A stretch of 64,000 bases of DNA. It comes from Schmidtea polychroa. Lineage: Eukaryota. Of this stretch, positions 48,986 through 62,513 are shown piece after piece. The stretch covers positions 144,212,001 to 144,276,000 of the forward strand of contig CM097885.1 of assembly GCA_044892525.1 (NCBI GenBank). The letters run 5' to 3'. Below the pieces are notes generated by a model. That model was not told where the DNA came from, searched no databases, and was given only the letters and a program-made list of their open reading frames with translations. The position numbers and the translations under genes are program-made. The stretch's first letter is position 1, and each line of letters starts with the position of its first letter.

Positions 48986-49353
48986 GGGTACTTCCGTGTT
49001 ATCTTACCCCCAAAAATTAAATTAAAAAAGAACACATAATTATTATATTTATTTTCTAAATCACAGTTACAAACTCAGCAAATGTTTGTAAAGAGTTTGT
49101 AAATGGTCATCCAGGTGGCCAGAAAACCACAATGTCATTGAGAATAGTGTTGAACACATCGGCACTGTTGCTTAGAACACGTTTGCGCCACATAAACTCA
49201 CATAATCACATAAATCACAGATAACCTTAATAAATTCATGTTCAATAATGTTCAATAACGTCATCAATAATGTATTCTCTCATTTTTTATATTGTTATTT
49301 TGTAATTGTATTTTATAATTTAATTTTTGGGGGTAAGATAACACGGAAGTACT
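48986..49353. mobile_element. MITE with about 33-bp TIRs, superfamily uncertain
   Basis: G(G/A)GTACTTCCGTGTTATCTTACCCCCAAAAATT and its exact complement at 49322-49353. No clean TSD. Confidence 0.75.
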
Positions 49354-51253
49354 CAAATGAGTTATTGGCCATAAAGGTTTCATCAATAACTGTTTTTATT
49401 TTCTACATTTTTTGAAATTTTTTTTAATTATATATTTTTTAATTATATATATTAAGTGTATAAAGAGCATAATGTTTATTGAGGTTGCAATCTTTATTAT
49501 AATAATCAAATTTCCCTTTCATTTTTCTTTGAACGCTGAAGATAAAGAATGAGCACAAAAATACTGAAGTAGACAGTGTAGGTTAAACAGAAATAAAAAC
49601 ATTGGTAAATATTACATAAATAAACATTTTTAGAAGAAGACATAAATATAGAGCAAAACATAATAAGTAGATATGATATGTCCGGTGTTTTGCACAGGTG
49701 CTTTTTGACGGAATTAAAAAAATATGGCTTACTCGAGTTTCTTAAAATAAATTTTGTTTTTATTAAAGTTTTGACTGCAATTTTAAAATGTGTTTTAAAT
49801 ATTAGGCGCGTTTTATGAAAACAAGTTTGTTTAATTAAATTTTTTAAATGTTACTTTAAATGCTTTAAAATTTTATTATTTTCTATTTTAATTTTATTTT
49901 AATGTTTTTTATTTAAATTAGCAATATTATTATTTTTAATATAGTTAAATTATTTTTTATTTATATTTATTATCAATTGTATATAATTAATTTTTTTTTG
50001 ATTACTATTTATTTTTATTTATATTTTAAATTTATTATTATAAGCTAGAAAGACATTAGATGACAAAATACAATAAAAAGTGTAGTATTAAATTATTTCT
50101 AATCATTACATGAAAAAGATTCTGAAGTTAGCATTTTTTAATTCCAGTGCCAATTAATGAAAAATTAAGGAAAAATAAATTAAAAATTGAGAACGACTTT
50201 CTTCCACCACCAAATTGCTGCCAAAATTTCAATTTTTATTAAATTTAAATAATAGTTTCTATTAAATATTCATAACTGAAAAAGTATTCATTGAAATTAA
50301 TTGATTTAAACAATAAAAATTCATAAAAATTGAAGTTGATATTTATTGAAGCAAGCCAAAAAAATCTGATTAAGTTGAAAATTGGAATAAATTTCGTTTT
50401 TATTCTCACAAAGTTTACTACAACGAAAAACTCTTTCAGGCATAAAAAAGTCTTACGCTATTTACAATTCTACATTAAAGATCATATAAATATTGCCTGA
50501 GTGATTCGTTGCTCTCACTGAGGTGGTAAATCGAGTCGAACCGTTTCCTTATTAAAAAAATACTTCACATTTCATTCAAAGTCATGTCGGCATACGATGG
50601 AGCAATATCATTATTTTTTATCACGCTTGATTAAAGTGATCAAGTCGACTAAATTGGCCCATCGGCCTCTCAATGTCAGTGATGACAGCAGAAGAAAATC
50701 TCCACTGTTCATGAAATACCGATTTTGCGATTTCTCTCAAAATGACAGATATAATATGAAGTGCTGCCTAAATCTGGCACACATGCAATCTTAGACAGAT
50801 CATCTCTGAAAATTTCTGGATATCGAATATCTCTTGATATTTTCAGAACATTTGCTATCATCATTCATATTCGCACTCATGTTTATATTTGTTTTCTTAT
50901 CTACCATGACGCATCTCAGACTTTGAAATCGTTTTTAATATTACTATCACCTGGGAAATGGAAATTTTCTAAAACGAAAATCCCACTGGTAGTTTTTCTT
51001 TGATTTTTAATTTAATTATAAAATTTTGGTTATCCATTTAATTACCACTTAAAAATCAATAATGTGCTATTTATTAAAACTAATACAAGTAGGGTTTAAC
51101 AATATTCGGGTTTCTCAAATATTCGAATATCAAATAATAAATTCTTAAATATTCGAATTATTCGAATATTTCGAATACTTACTTGACTATGTGATAAAAA
51201 AATTTTGAAATAAAAAAGGAAAATTAAGCAACGATTATTTATAATATTATTTA

Positions 51254-53488
51254 TTAATGAGACTGAAACCAGCTCTTTAAAAATACAATAGCATTAATAG
51301 CTTCATCTCGCATTCTGGTTCTAAGTTTCGATACCACAATTCCAGAAGATGAAAATGCTCGTTCACTCTCGGTTGACGTTGGTTTAACTGTTAGCAGTGC
51401 ATTATAAAGTAAATCCAAATTTCGTGATCTTACTCCAGTGGCTTCATAAATTTGGAATTCTTTGTTGAGCGAATTAAAATTATCACCATTAATTGGGATT
51501 GAAGGAGCTTGACTTTTTGTGATTGCTAAATTTAACTCATCGGCAATTGATGTAGGTTCAGGTTCAACACGAATGACTACAATTTCATGGTTTTCTTCAT
51601 TGTTACTATGTTGCACATTAACTTCTTTTAAAAATAATCGTTGCATTAGTTCTTTGGCATATGATAATGTAATGGTTCTAGGTGAATAAGAAAACCATTT
51701 GTTGTTTTCTTTTGATGCTGATAAATTATGCAGAAACCTCAATATTGATACCATTGCTTTATTTCTTCTCTCATTTATACGTTTGAGTAAAATTTCTTGA
51801 AATTTTATGCTTAATTCAGATTTTTCTTCCGCTAACTTATTAAGTAAAAATATAACTATCGTCTCGCAAGTTAATAATGTAGCATCTTTTCTGCTTAGTG
51901 CTAGAAGTTCTAGACGTCTAGACAATGCATTGACTGTTGACCTTGAATGGAAAGCGGTCGCGTTGTGTGGCATGTTGAGCAAAGGCTGTCCATTGATTTG
52001 CCTAGCATATGATGCGTAAATGTCGGGTTAAGACGATTAAATGACGCGAGACAGGTCAATTCAGAAAAAATTGAGAAAAGAACGCTGAATGACGTGTTTT
52101 CTGGTTCTTAATGACGGGAAAACCCGTCATTTTTTTAACAGTGAACTTTAAGTTTTACTGAAAAACAGTTAAAAACAGTTATGAAAAAACAGCTGTTTGC
52201 TGTTTTTGATTTTTTGACGAAAAAACAACTGTTTTACTGTTACTGTTAAACAGTATCCAGAAACCCTAGCCTAGAACCGCAACTTTTAAAGGAGCTAGAA
52301 CTGCTAACATATTTTTAAGAGTGGTAATATTGATTTCACAAATTTTATCAATAGCATTTAATTCAATTAAACTGTTTTTATGCAGCTATATAACATTAGA
52401 AATCTTTCGATCATTGCTTCAAGAGAATTCCATCTGGTTTTAATATCTCTTATCAAACTTATTTCTTTTTGAAATTCTTGTTTCACGTATCGCTGTAAAA
52501 TGCTATTTTTGGTGGGTGACCGTCTAAAGAAATCCACGACCTTACGAATTTCTGTTATTGCTTTTTGGTAATTGGGTAGAAGAATAATGCGGTGCTCTTG
52601 TTCGGTTTCAATTTCAACAAATATTTCACCATCATCAAATTCATCATATGATTCTGATTCTGAATCTAAAGTATTTGGATCACATATTTCTTCTTGATAA
52701 ATATGTTTCTCGTTATTTTTGTAGAACATATCCATCACAGCTAAATGAATAGCATGATTCATACATTGAACATGGTGTGTTGGATTCTCACGCCCAAACT
52801 TACACATAACACTTGCACCATCAGTGGTTGATGCAACAATATCTTTTGCAAATGTGATACCAAATTCTTTTAAATGTTTGTCTACAATTCTTTGAGTTTC
52901 TATGGCATCACAACCTCCAATTATTCGAACCATCCCTAAATTGAAAAAAACCAAATCATTACAATGAATATTTATATTGAAATATCGTTTATTGGCTAGA
53001 CTTGTCCATTCATCGAGCGTTAGACTGAATCTTTCACTACATTTTATTCTTACATTTAACCTTTCAATTGTAATAATTTTTTGTTCTTTAAAATAAGAAA
53101 TTAATAAATCCATTACTTTTGCCGGATTTTTGGGTAAAGTATATCCTTTATCAGAAATAGATTGCCTTATAAAAGAACTTTTTGTTATTCCATTTACTGT
53201 GAAACCATCCTCAGAAACTAATCTTGCTACAATTTCATTAAGTTGTTGTTTTTTCGTGGTAACAAAATTTAAAATACTTGAACTGGTACATATTTTTTTT
53301 GAATTGAAATTGGAGCTGTCTTCTGTCATGCGCTTGGCAGTAAGATCCATCATATGTTTCAACTTTAAATGATTTAACATGGGAGTTGTAGTAGATCCTT
53401 TGCAAGTTACCTTATGTGGACATTTTGTACAAAAGGCCTCATCTCCATTTCTTTTAAAATACTTCCAAACTTCAGCCCGATTACTCAT
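51254..53488 (-). pseudogene. hAT transposase (BED finger, DDE, dimerisation domain), about 620 aa when repaired
   Basis: VWKYF...CTKC...HLKLKH, LTLDEWTS, TTDGAS, CMNHAIHL, TRWNS, PTSTESERAFS. Broken by a 1-bp frameshift near 52370 and an insertion at 51907-52270. Confidence 0.92.
51907..52270. mobile_element. 364-bp insertion inside the hAT transposase
   Basis: Flanked by duplicated CTAGAA (51901-51906, 52271-52276). Removing it restores ...KVAVL-ALSRKDATLL. Right end AAACCCTA is a hAT-like terminus. Confidence 0.7.
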
Positions 53489-54052
53489 TATTTATTAATA
53501 AGGACTGAAAAATGTGAAATTTTAAATCCTTAAAAATATTTATACTTAAGTAATTGTTACTATTCTTCCAATATAACAAAGTTCCTTTATATTTATATTT
53601 TTAGAATATTAAATTAAAATGAAATGTAATTACCTTATATTTTTGTGTTTATACATATATAGATGATTAGATCACGATTGAATAAAACAATTGATATTTA
53701 AAAAACAATTGATATTTAACTTTTAATATACAAGTAATTACTAACTGCAAATGTCATATGAAAAATCACAAAAATAAATTTATCCTATTAAAACAAATNN
53801 NNNNNNNNNNNNNNNNNNNNNNNNNNNNNNNNNNNNNNNNNNNNNNNNNNNNNNNNNNNNNNNNNNNNNNNNNNNNNNNNNNNNNNNNNNNNNNNNNNNN
53901 NNNNNNNNNNNNNNNNNNNNNNNNNNNNNNNNNNNNNNNNNNNNNNNNNNNNNNNNNNNNNNNNNNNNNNNNNNNNNNNNNNNNNNNNNNNNNNNNNNNN
54001 NNNNACATGGCAATGATTTAATTATAAGATAACGCCAATCAAACATTTTTTT

Positions 54053-54093
54053 CACGATTAATTTCGACAGTTTTCCCGTCATCATCAGGTGGG
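54053..54093 (-). ncRNA. Minimal type I hammerhead ribozyme of the Penelope-like element
   Basis: Minus strand CCCAC-CTGATGA-T-GACGG-GAAAA-CTGTC-GAA-ATTAAT-C-GTG: conserved core, 5-bp stem II, palindromic ATTAAT stem III, 3-bp stem I. Same strand and about 190 bp downstream of the ORF stop. Confidence 0.7.
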
Positions 54094-54278
54094 ATATAAT
54101 ACTCATTAAATAAAGGATTTTAAAAAAATTTAATTGTATATAAAAAAAATTTTTTTCATTTTATAAAAAATATTATTTTTTAAAACTTTAACATTTAAAA
54201 TTTTAATTTAATAATTTAAAAAATTTTTATTAATTATTTAATTTAACACAACAATCAATACATACAATACACAAAAGC

Positions 54279-55306
54279 TTATTTAAAAACACTCAACACA
54301 CAAGAATTTACTGCATTCTGCACATTAATTTTCGGATTCAATGATTTTATCAACAACGCCTCACAAATCACACGTTCCCAATAATTATCGAAGTTTTTTA
54401 ATAAAATTTTAAAATCAGACATACCTATTTTAATCTTTCAGCCCTTATTGTGCTCACCAACATAGGTCAAAGACTTCGGTCTACAATGTTCTCGAGCTCG
54501 AATACAGAGATGACGGGAAGTCTCTCCAATGTATGTGGCATTACACCCATTACATGTAAACTGATAAACGAGATCGGAACACAATTCAACCGGAGTTTTT
54601 GACTTATTAATTAACATATTGCGTACTTTCCATGAAGTTGACACTATCCTAAAGTTTAAATTCCCTAACTGCTTTCTTATCTTCACTTTATAATCCTTAA
54701 AACCTTCTGAGTACGGCAATACTAACACAAATTTAGGCTCATCATCTTTGCTCACACTATTTAATTTATTTAACTCATCAGACTCACACACCTCAACAAA
54801 ATCACACACAGATTTCAACTCATCAGACTCACACATCTCAACAAGATCACACCCAAATTTTCTCAAACATGGATCCTTAGGATTTTTAATAAATTTGTCA
54901 ACAGTCTCTTTCACCATAATTACTAAAAAGGATTTTGAATAACCATTCTTCATTAACAGTTCAACCAATATGTCAACACTTTTTACTGAATTTTTAAAAG
55001 TAGAAGACAAAGACCATGCACGGTAAATCAACCCCTTCACCATATTTCTTTTATACTTGAATTCACAAAAACTTTCGGAAGAAGTATAGAGACCAGTATC
55101 AGTTGGTTTTCTATAAATCTCTTTCTCATAGTGTTTCTCTTTGCGTTGTATTAACAGATCCAAGAAAGCAAGCGATGATTTTTTCTCCGTTTCACACGTG
55201 AATACAATGTTTTTATGTAGACTATTCATATAATGCAAAAACGGGTCAACATGCCTCTGATTTTCAAATATAAGAAATATATCATCCACATACCGTTTAT
55301 AAACAG
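54279..55306 (-). CDS. Penelope-like retroelement RT/GIY-YIG ORF, 3' part (5' part in gap), one premature TGA at 54438-54440
   Basis: YKRYVDDIF, FLD, YRKPTDTG, VYQFTCNGCNATYIGETSRHLCIRAREH. The frame continues past the TGA as DFKILLKN...ICEALLIKSLNPKINVQ to TAA at 54279-54281. Confidence 0.92.
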
Positions 55307-55499
55307 NNNNNNNNNNNNNNNNNNNNNNNNNNNNNNNNNNNNNNNNNNNNNNNNNNNNNNNNNNNNNNNNNNNNNNNNNNNNNNNNNNNNNNNNNNNNNN
55401 NNNNNNNNNNNNNNNNNNNNNNNNNNNNNNNNNNNNNNNNATAATAATTAAATGCATTTAAATAAATTTTCATCTTTTTAATTATCTATGCTTTTATGA

Positions 55500-56610
55500 T
55501 AGGGCAAGCAATTACTTTGTCGAAGGATTAAATCATCAATTAAAACAAGCTTCATTGATGATGTTGAATGAATGTAATTTTATTTGGATTTCTTATTTCT
55601 CTTTACGTTAATTACAAAGAAATAAAATTTGTTTGGATGATATTCGTTTAAAATATAATTTTGATAGTTAATTGTTTTTTTTTTAATTTGACCTTTGCAA
55701 TCTTTAGCTGCAAAGGTTTACCTATATAATCACTGGAATGAAGAGTGTAGTAATAAGGTCATGGTATGTTTAATATCAATTGAGGATATCATAATTAAAG
55801 CAATTGCTAATTAGCCATGTTCTCTTAATTCTAATAATTGTAAAGATCAAATGACCTCAATTTTCAATAAAATATTTTTTTCCTTTTTATTTCTAACACG
55901 CGTAATAACTAGAAATTATATTCGTATTTTATTTCTAAAAAAGATATTTTTTAATTAATTTAAATTAATATAAATTTGATTGAATAATAATTTAAATAAA
56001 TTTAATTCATTTTAAATTGTGAAATTATTTTTAATTAATTTTATTTATTACATATTTGATTGGATAATATTTTAAATAAAATAAATTCATTTTAAATAGT
56101 GAAATTATTTGGATTAATTTTAATTATTTGAAATTTAATTGTATAATATTTTAAATAAATTAAATTTATTTAAAATTGAAGTTATTTTTGATTAATTTTA
56201 TTTATTATATATTTGATTGGAAAATAATTTAAATAAATTTAATTCATTTGAAATTGTGAATTATTTTTAATTAATTTAAATTATTATAAATTTGATTGGA
56301 TACTAATTTAATTAAATTGAATTCATTTTAAATAAAATTTATATTTACATTATACACTATTAAAAATAATATTTCTAAAATAAAAAAAATTACTTAAAAT
56401 GATCTTTATTGAATATTTCTGACAGAAATTTTCTGTACGTTTTATTTTAGAAACAAAAATATTATAAAACAGCACATTAGAGCCCTTGTTTCAGCCATCG
56501 ACTTTTTTAAAATAGTTTGGAACATATATTACAGTTCTGAACGTGTCCGCAACTATAAAGGATCAAGACTGTGATAGTGTACAAAGTGCAGTTAAACGAC
56601 TTCACGTAAA
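55500..56610 (+). CDS. Possible exons of an unidentified host gene
   Basis: AG/GT-bounded open blocks, e.g. GASNYFVEGLNHQLKQASLMMLNE, AAKVYLYNHWNEECSNK, VLNVSATIKDQDCDSVQSAVKRLH. No family recognised. Confidence 0.35.
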
Positions 56611-57644
56611 ATGAAAATTAACTATATTTTTCAAATAAATAAAATACAGAATAACACAAAATTGCTAAATAAATTATCATTTAAATATTTTTAATTCTAA
56701 CATTTATCATCTGCCTATTATTCTCAGTTTCATGAATTGTTTATATAAACAAAAAAAACATTTTTGAGACTTTTAAAGTAGATAATTTTCACTTGTAATC
56801 AATATTCTACAATTAATATCCAGTATTTAATTTCAAAAATTTAACCAACAATATAATTAATTCGAATAACTATTTGCAATTTGAAAAAAAAATATTCTTG
56901 ATACACTATAATTGTTCATATCGCATTTCCTTGCAATTTATTTCCTAAATAATATACAATTTAAAAACATTAGAAAATCTATTGATTAAAACAAAATATA
57001 GAATAAATCGTTTGATATCTAACAGAAAAGAAAACTAAATATTTGAAACTTATGCCAACTATTGTTTAAAAAAAAATTGAAATCGGTTTCCTGAATTGAA
57101 ATCTTAATGGAACTTGAAGAGTTTTTAAATAATCACAGAGAATTTGATTTAGTTTTTTAATATCGTATTAAATATTAATAGTATTAGTCTCAAATTTTAT
57201 TTTAAATTATAAAAAACTTTATTTCAAAAGTCTAACTCCAACTCAAGTGTTGAAAGCCTTTTAAATTTACTCACTTGATATCCGAGCTAAAAAGAACGGC
57301 GGGTTAACTCGAATTAGTTCAAGGTTCAAAGATTATCTATGAGTGAAATGTTTTTTTCCTCGCCCGAAAATGATCTATGGAAATAGTTTTGCTAAAAAAG
57401 TCAAGTGGTTTCTCTTAATCACAAAATAAAACTAAAATATTTGGCTTTATTTTTGGAGTTCTGGATTCGTGTATTTCTTAATATTTTTACAAGGAAACAC
57501 AAAATATGAAAAATTTTAGAAAATAACTTATGAAATAACAACTATTTAAGAAATTAGAAAATAATTATGTAATTCGTACATTGTATGAGACCCATTTTCC
57601 TGGGTCGACATTAAGTTAAACCTTTCAATCAAAACATTAAACCA

Positions 57645-57990
57645 ATAGTTGACAAAATCAGAATAGTAGTTGCCCTTTCTCGATGGTCACCAACGAAAAA
57701 TGATGATAAATTACAGACGCATGTCAAACAGAAATTTCGCAGAAAACTAATACTAATACGTGGGATAGCTTATTCTTAATGATAGAACGATTTTTTAAAT
57801 TAAAGAGCTGTTTAAAAGGGCATTAATAGGTGCGACAAAAGAGATTACATTTTCTAATGAAAAAGTTAATGTAATTTCAAATGTAATATCTGCCCTAACC
57901 CTACCAAAGTGATAGTTAAAAGTTTGTGCTGCAAGGATACCGACCTACAGAAGATTGAAATTGGCCTTGAATTTATGTTTGGGAACTATA
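57645..57990 (+). pseudogene. hAT transposase fragment related to the 51-53 kb element
   Basis: IVDKIRIVVALSRWSPTKNDDKLQTHVKQKF...WDSLFLMIERFFKLK parallels IRKVVDFFRRSPTKNSILQRYVKQEF...WNSLEAMIERFL. Confidence 0.7.
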
Positions 57991-58254
57991 AAAAAAAATT
58001 TCCCACTTAGCGAATATTTTCAAGTTTTATTATTATAACGCATTTCTGATCGGGGCTTTGTAAATGCGGATATTTTTTGCTTCCTTCATATCTTTAATAT
58101 CCAAAATTTAGATAACGAGGGTTATGGAATTTTTAATCAAGTCTCAGTAAGAACTTTTACATCCAAAAAGCCTTTACTATTTATACTTCTTATGGTCTTA
58201 TTTTCAAAATTTAAAATAATTTAAATTTATTTTATTTAATTTATAATTAATTAT

Positions 58255-59748
58255 TTAATGAAGTTGAATAAAAAATGAATTTTTCCAGCGAGTTTTGACA
58301 TCGAGCGTGAGATTCAAGAAGTTTTTGAATGCTGGACCTTCATCAACATACTTCTTGAGAATTCGCTTATTTCCTCCATTATTCTTGAAATGTTTCACAA
58401 CTTCTCGAATGTTCTGAATCAATTGCGCCCTGCTTTCTGGAAGTCTGTCGTCTCGCTGAATTCCATTAAACTCATAGTCAATGGAAAGCGTCTCAGTCTC
58501 TTCAATTTCAATATCTGGTTCATCCGTTTCCAAATCTGATGATAGCGGTAGGGAATTCGAATTTTAAATTCCCCCATCCAGTTCCATGTCATACATTACT
58601 TTTGTCACGACAAGATGAATTGTGTGAACCATGCACAACTGTGGGATTGCAACGTTCATTCTTCCAAAATTGACATTTACTGCACAACCGTCCATTGAAA
58701 CGACAACGATGTTATCCCAAGTCAATCCGAATTCCATTAAGATTTTCTCGATATAAATTTTAAGTTCATCAGCTGGCATGGAACCTTTATTATGTGTAGA
58801 CCAAGGTTAAACTTCTCGTCACCACCATTCGATAATATCAAGTTCATGTATCGATCTTGAGTGATTGATGACCACTCGTCAAAGGTAAATGCGAACTTTT
58901 CCTCGGGTTTCTTTATTTCTGCAAGCTTTCCACGCCATTCTTGTTTTTTCTTCTCGGTGTAGCTGATCAATATATTTCTGACAGTCCTTTTAGTGAACGG
59001 AACTTCTTTTCCTTCCATAAGCGTGTGATAGATGCTTCAAGACTATTACCTATTTTCTCATATCCAAAAGCCTTAATTGATGTTTGAAGCGTTTTCTTGG
59101 TCTCCTCATCCTTCGGGTGGAACTCTGGTGGATTCGAATGCTCTACTTGCTCTTTCGGTGTTTTGTGTACAGACATGATGTGTTTCCAGAGACTTGAAGT
59201 CGTTTTTTGATAACCTCGACTGATCACAGGCAGACAAGGCTTTTTCGTAACACCATCAGCACTTAGAACTGCGAAATAGTAAGTAGCTGATCTGCTGTCA
59301 TGTCCGTCCTTAAAAACTTTGAAAACATCAGAAATTGTTGATTTTTGGAATTTCGACATAGACTGTAACTTTCGTTTTAAAATTAATTGATTCACAAATT
59401 AAGTTATCAAGTTAAAAGAATAGATTGATTAGATTGCATATTATTATTTTCACCTCAAAATCGAAATTTTTCCGAGTTTTTCAAATTTATTTTCGCTTAT
59501 AGATCAATCTCGAACTGAAATACGTGACTTTGCACTTATACACTTAAACACATTAAACACTCATATGAGTGTTTAGAAAGAGGAATGTGAGTCTAAAGTA
59601 TAACACATAGACGTTGAAAATATGTCAAATTCCTCTCAAAATTATTGAAAAATAGATTGAGATCCGAAAAATCCGATCAGATAAATTCTGCAACAGATCT
59701 CGGATCCGTCGGATCTTTCCGGACTGGGTACCCGCATGGACATCCCTA
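58255..59748 (-). mobile_element. 5' part of an Ac-like hAT element with frameshifted transposase (58255-59395)
   Basis: Terminus TAGGGATG (59741-59748 on the complement) with GATCC/GGATC subterminal repeats. Successive frames give TSSLWKHIMSVH, FTFDEWSS, SMDGCAVN, CMVHTIHL, DVKTRW. Confidence 0.85.
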
Positions 59749-60214
59749 GTTTATTCATGGGTGTTGTTACAAGTTTTCTGAGAGTAATCAAGACAGAAAA
59801 TTGCAGATTTTGTTGAGAAATTGCTTGAGAGCTACTGTAGTTTAAATTTAATAATGTCCCCAATGCTCATCACCTATGCTCATCATGTGGTTAAATGGCA
59901 AACTTTATTAAGGTAGGCGAAATGAAGAAATTATAAGTACAGGTATACATCGGTAATACGGCGGGTATGTTGCCAGACCACCGCCGCAATACGGGTCACT
60001 TGCTTTTTCTTCACTCGCTACAACATATAAACACCTTAAAACTTGTTTACAGTATCATTTATTATTTACGCAATAGTGCTAGGCTAAAACTAACAGTTTC
60101 AATTTAAAAATAAAATACGTAATGAAGGGTAAATAGTAGTAGGATGTGAGCTCCCCAGACCATGTCCCCTCCAGATCACATATACCCCCCCCCCGGGAAA
60201 AAATTTTATTTTTT

Positions 60215-61038
60215 TTTTAGAACGATGCCTAATATTTTTAGAACTATTACGTAATCAATGCCTAATATTTTTAGAACGATGCCTAATATTTTTAGAATGA
60301 TGCCTTATATTTTTAGAACGATTACGTCACATTTTTAGAACGATGCCTAATATTTTTATCATACGATGACTCATCACATTTTTAGAACAAAGACAATGAC
60401 TCATCATATTTTTAGAACGATGCCTAATATTTTTAGAATGATGCCTTATATTTTTAGAACGATTACGTCACATTTTTAGAACGATGCCTAATATTTTTAT
60501 CATACGATGACTCATCACATTTTTAGAACAAAGACAATGACTCATCATATTTTTAGAACGATGACTCATATTTTTAGAACGATGCCACATATTTTTAGAA
60601 CGATGCCTAATATTTTTAGAATGATTACGTCATACTTTTAGAACGATGTCTAATATTTTAGAACGATGCCATATTATTATTTTTCAAAAATATTATTAAC
60701 TGTGCTGGCGGTGACCTACCTTTTGACTTCCCAGAACTTTTTGAGTTTTCAAAATTATTTGAATATTTATACATCATTTTGAAGACCAGACGGAGACAAA
60801 TCTTTTGAGCTATCGAAATAATTTTTATCACTAGTGGTATAAAGGTTATTAATTTTTTAGTCCGACACTGATTGATGAAAAAATTATTATTTTCAAAAAT
60901 ATTTTTAGAATGATGCCTATTATTTTTAGAACGATGCCTAATATTTTTAGAATGATGCCTAATATTTTTAGAACGATGCCTAATATTTTTAGAATGATTA
61001 CATCATACTTTTAGAACGATGCCTAATATTTTTAGAAT
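60215..61038 (+). repeat. Minisatellite of about 19-22-bp units ATTTTTAGAACGATGCCTA(AT)
   Basis: Dozens of variant units, interrupted by a unique segment of about 190 bp near 60695-60885. Confidence 0.95.
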
Positions 61039-61176
61039 TAATAATTTTGTTTTAATTATCGATGATTATATAATTTTGTTTAAATCATTGATTATATAAT
61101 TCTTTTGTTTTAATTATCGAATACGTAATAATATAATTTTGTTTAAATCGTTGATTACATATTATTATTTTCTAAG

Positions 61177-61179
<3 letters not shown>

Positions 61180-61253
<74 letters not shown>

Positions 61254-61392
61254 CTCCTAGTCTATCCGACAAGATATTCTGTCCCCTTAAGGGTAATGGT
61301 CACAAAGGTACTACTCACATTCAACAAGTCACAAATGTACTACTCACATTCAACAAGTCACAAGGGTACTGGTCACATTCAACATGTCGTAA

Positions 61393-61428
<36 letters not shown>

Positions 61429-61789
61429 TATTATTACGCGCACGGGGAATATTATTATCATATATACTCTTAATCTATCCGACAAAATATTCTATCCCTT
61501 TATGGGTATTGCTCATATGGGTAATGGTCAAAGGTGTACTACTCACATTCAACATGTCTCAAAGGATATAATATAATTATTATTAAATTCTGACCAACTT
61601 AAATCAATGAAGGGGTAGAACAAAATATATTACGTTGCGGTATTTTAAATTTAAAAATATTTTAAAAACTTATTTTGACACTAAAGTTTACTTAATTAAC
61701 AAAGACATAATTATTGCACATGCTTTGCATAAATATTATTATTTTTTAAATTTTCAATATTTTCTTTTAAAGTATTAACACGCGCGGGA

Positions 61790-61864
<75 letters not shown>

Positions 61865-62362
61865 GTTAATGAAAAATCTAAAATATGGTTTACACACACA
61901 ACCCCTCAACCATTATTATTATTATCAATATTAAAAACCTAAAATATTTTCTACACACACACACATGCACAACTCATTAACCATTATTATTATCATTATT
62001 AGTGAAAACCTAAAATATTTTTTACACACACACACAACCCATTAACCATTATTATTATTATTATCAATATTAAAAACCTAAAATATTTTTACACACACAC
62101 ATACAACTCATTAAACTTATTATTATTATTATTATTATTGCAAATATTAGTCAAAAACCTAAAATATTATTTACACACACACAACCCATTAACAATTATT
62201 ATTATCAATATTAGTGAAAACCTAAAATATTTTCTACACACACACACACACACCACACATTAACCATTATTATTATTGCAAATATTAGTCAAAAACATAA
62301 AAACACTCATAAACCATTATTATTATCAATATTAGTGAAAACCTCAAATATTTTTTACACAC
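61180..62362 (+). repeat. (ATT)n/(TTA)n microsatellites, an ~80-bp module (TACTCCTAGTCTATCCGACAA...GGTACTACTCACATTCAACA) and ~65-bp ACACAC/CCATTATT units
   Basis: The ~80-bp module recurs at about 61250, 61460, 62650 and inverted at about 63780-63860. Confidence 0.9.
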
Positions 62363-62513
62363 NNNNNNNNNNNNNNNNNNNNNNNNNNNNNNNNNNNNNN
62401 NNNNNNNNNNNNNNNNNNNNNNNNNNNNNNNNNNNNNNNNNNNNNNNNNNNNNNNNNNNNNNNNNNNNNNNNNNNNNNNNNNNNNNNNNNNNNNNNNNNN
62501 NNNNNNNNNAATA

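Larger units (their letters stand above)
51090..53798 (-). mobile_element. Near full-length hAT transposon; 5' end probably lost in the N-gap
   Basis: Terminus TAGGGTTTAAC at 51090 with ATATTCGAAT subterminal repeats; encloses the transposase below. Confidence 0.8.

Noticed and set aside
26653-54106. ORFs containing X runs (26653, 45722-46006, 53758-54106)
   Set aside because: Open only because they cross N-gaps.
32067-54440. TGA reassignment or read-through (TGA at Trp and Arg positions in the integrase; probable Cys position in the Penelope ORF)
   Set aside because: The three TGAs replace different residues and each is one substitution away; they lie in decaying elements, and intact ORFs such as pPolB need no TGA read-through.
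60215-61038. CRISPR-like array
   Set aside because: Units are contiguous variant repeats without unique spacers, no cas genes are present, and the host is eukaryotic; it is a minisatellite.
61139-61899. ORFs with poly-Ile, poly-Tyr or poly-Leu (61139, 61296, 61711; also 35062)
   Set aside because: Translations of (ATT)n and (TA)n microsatellites.
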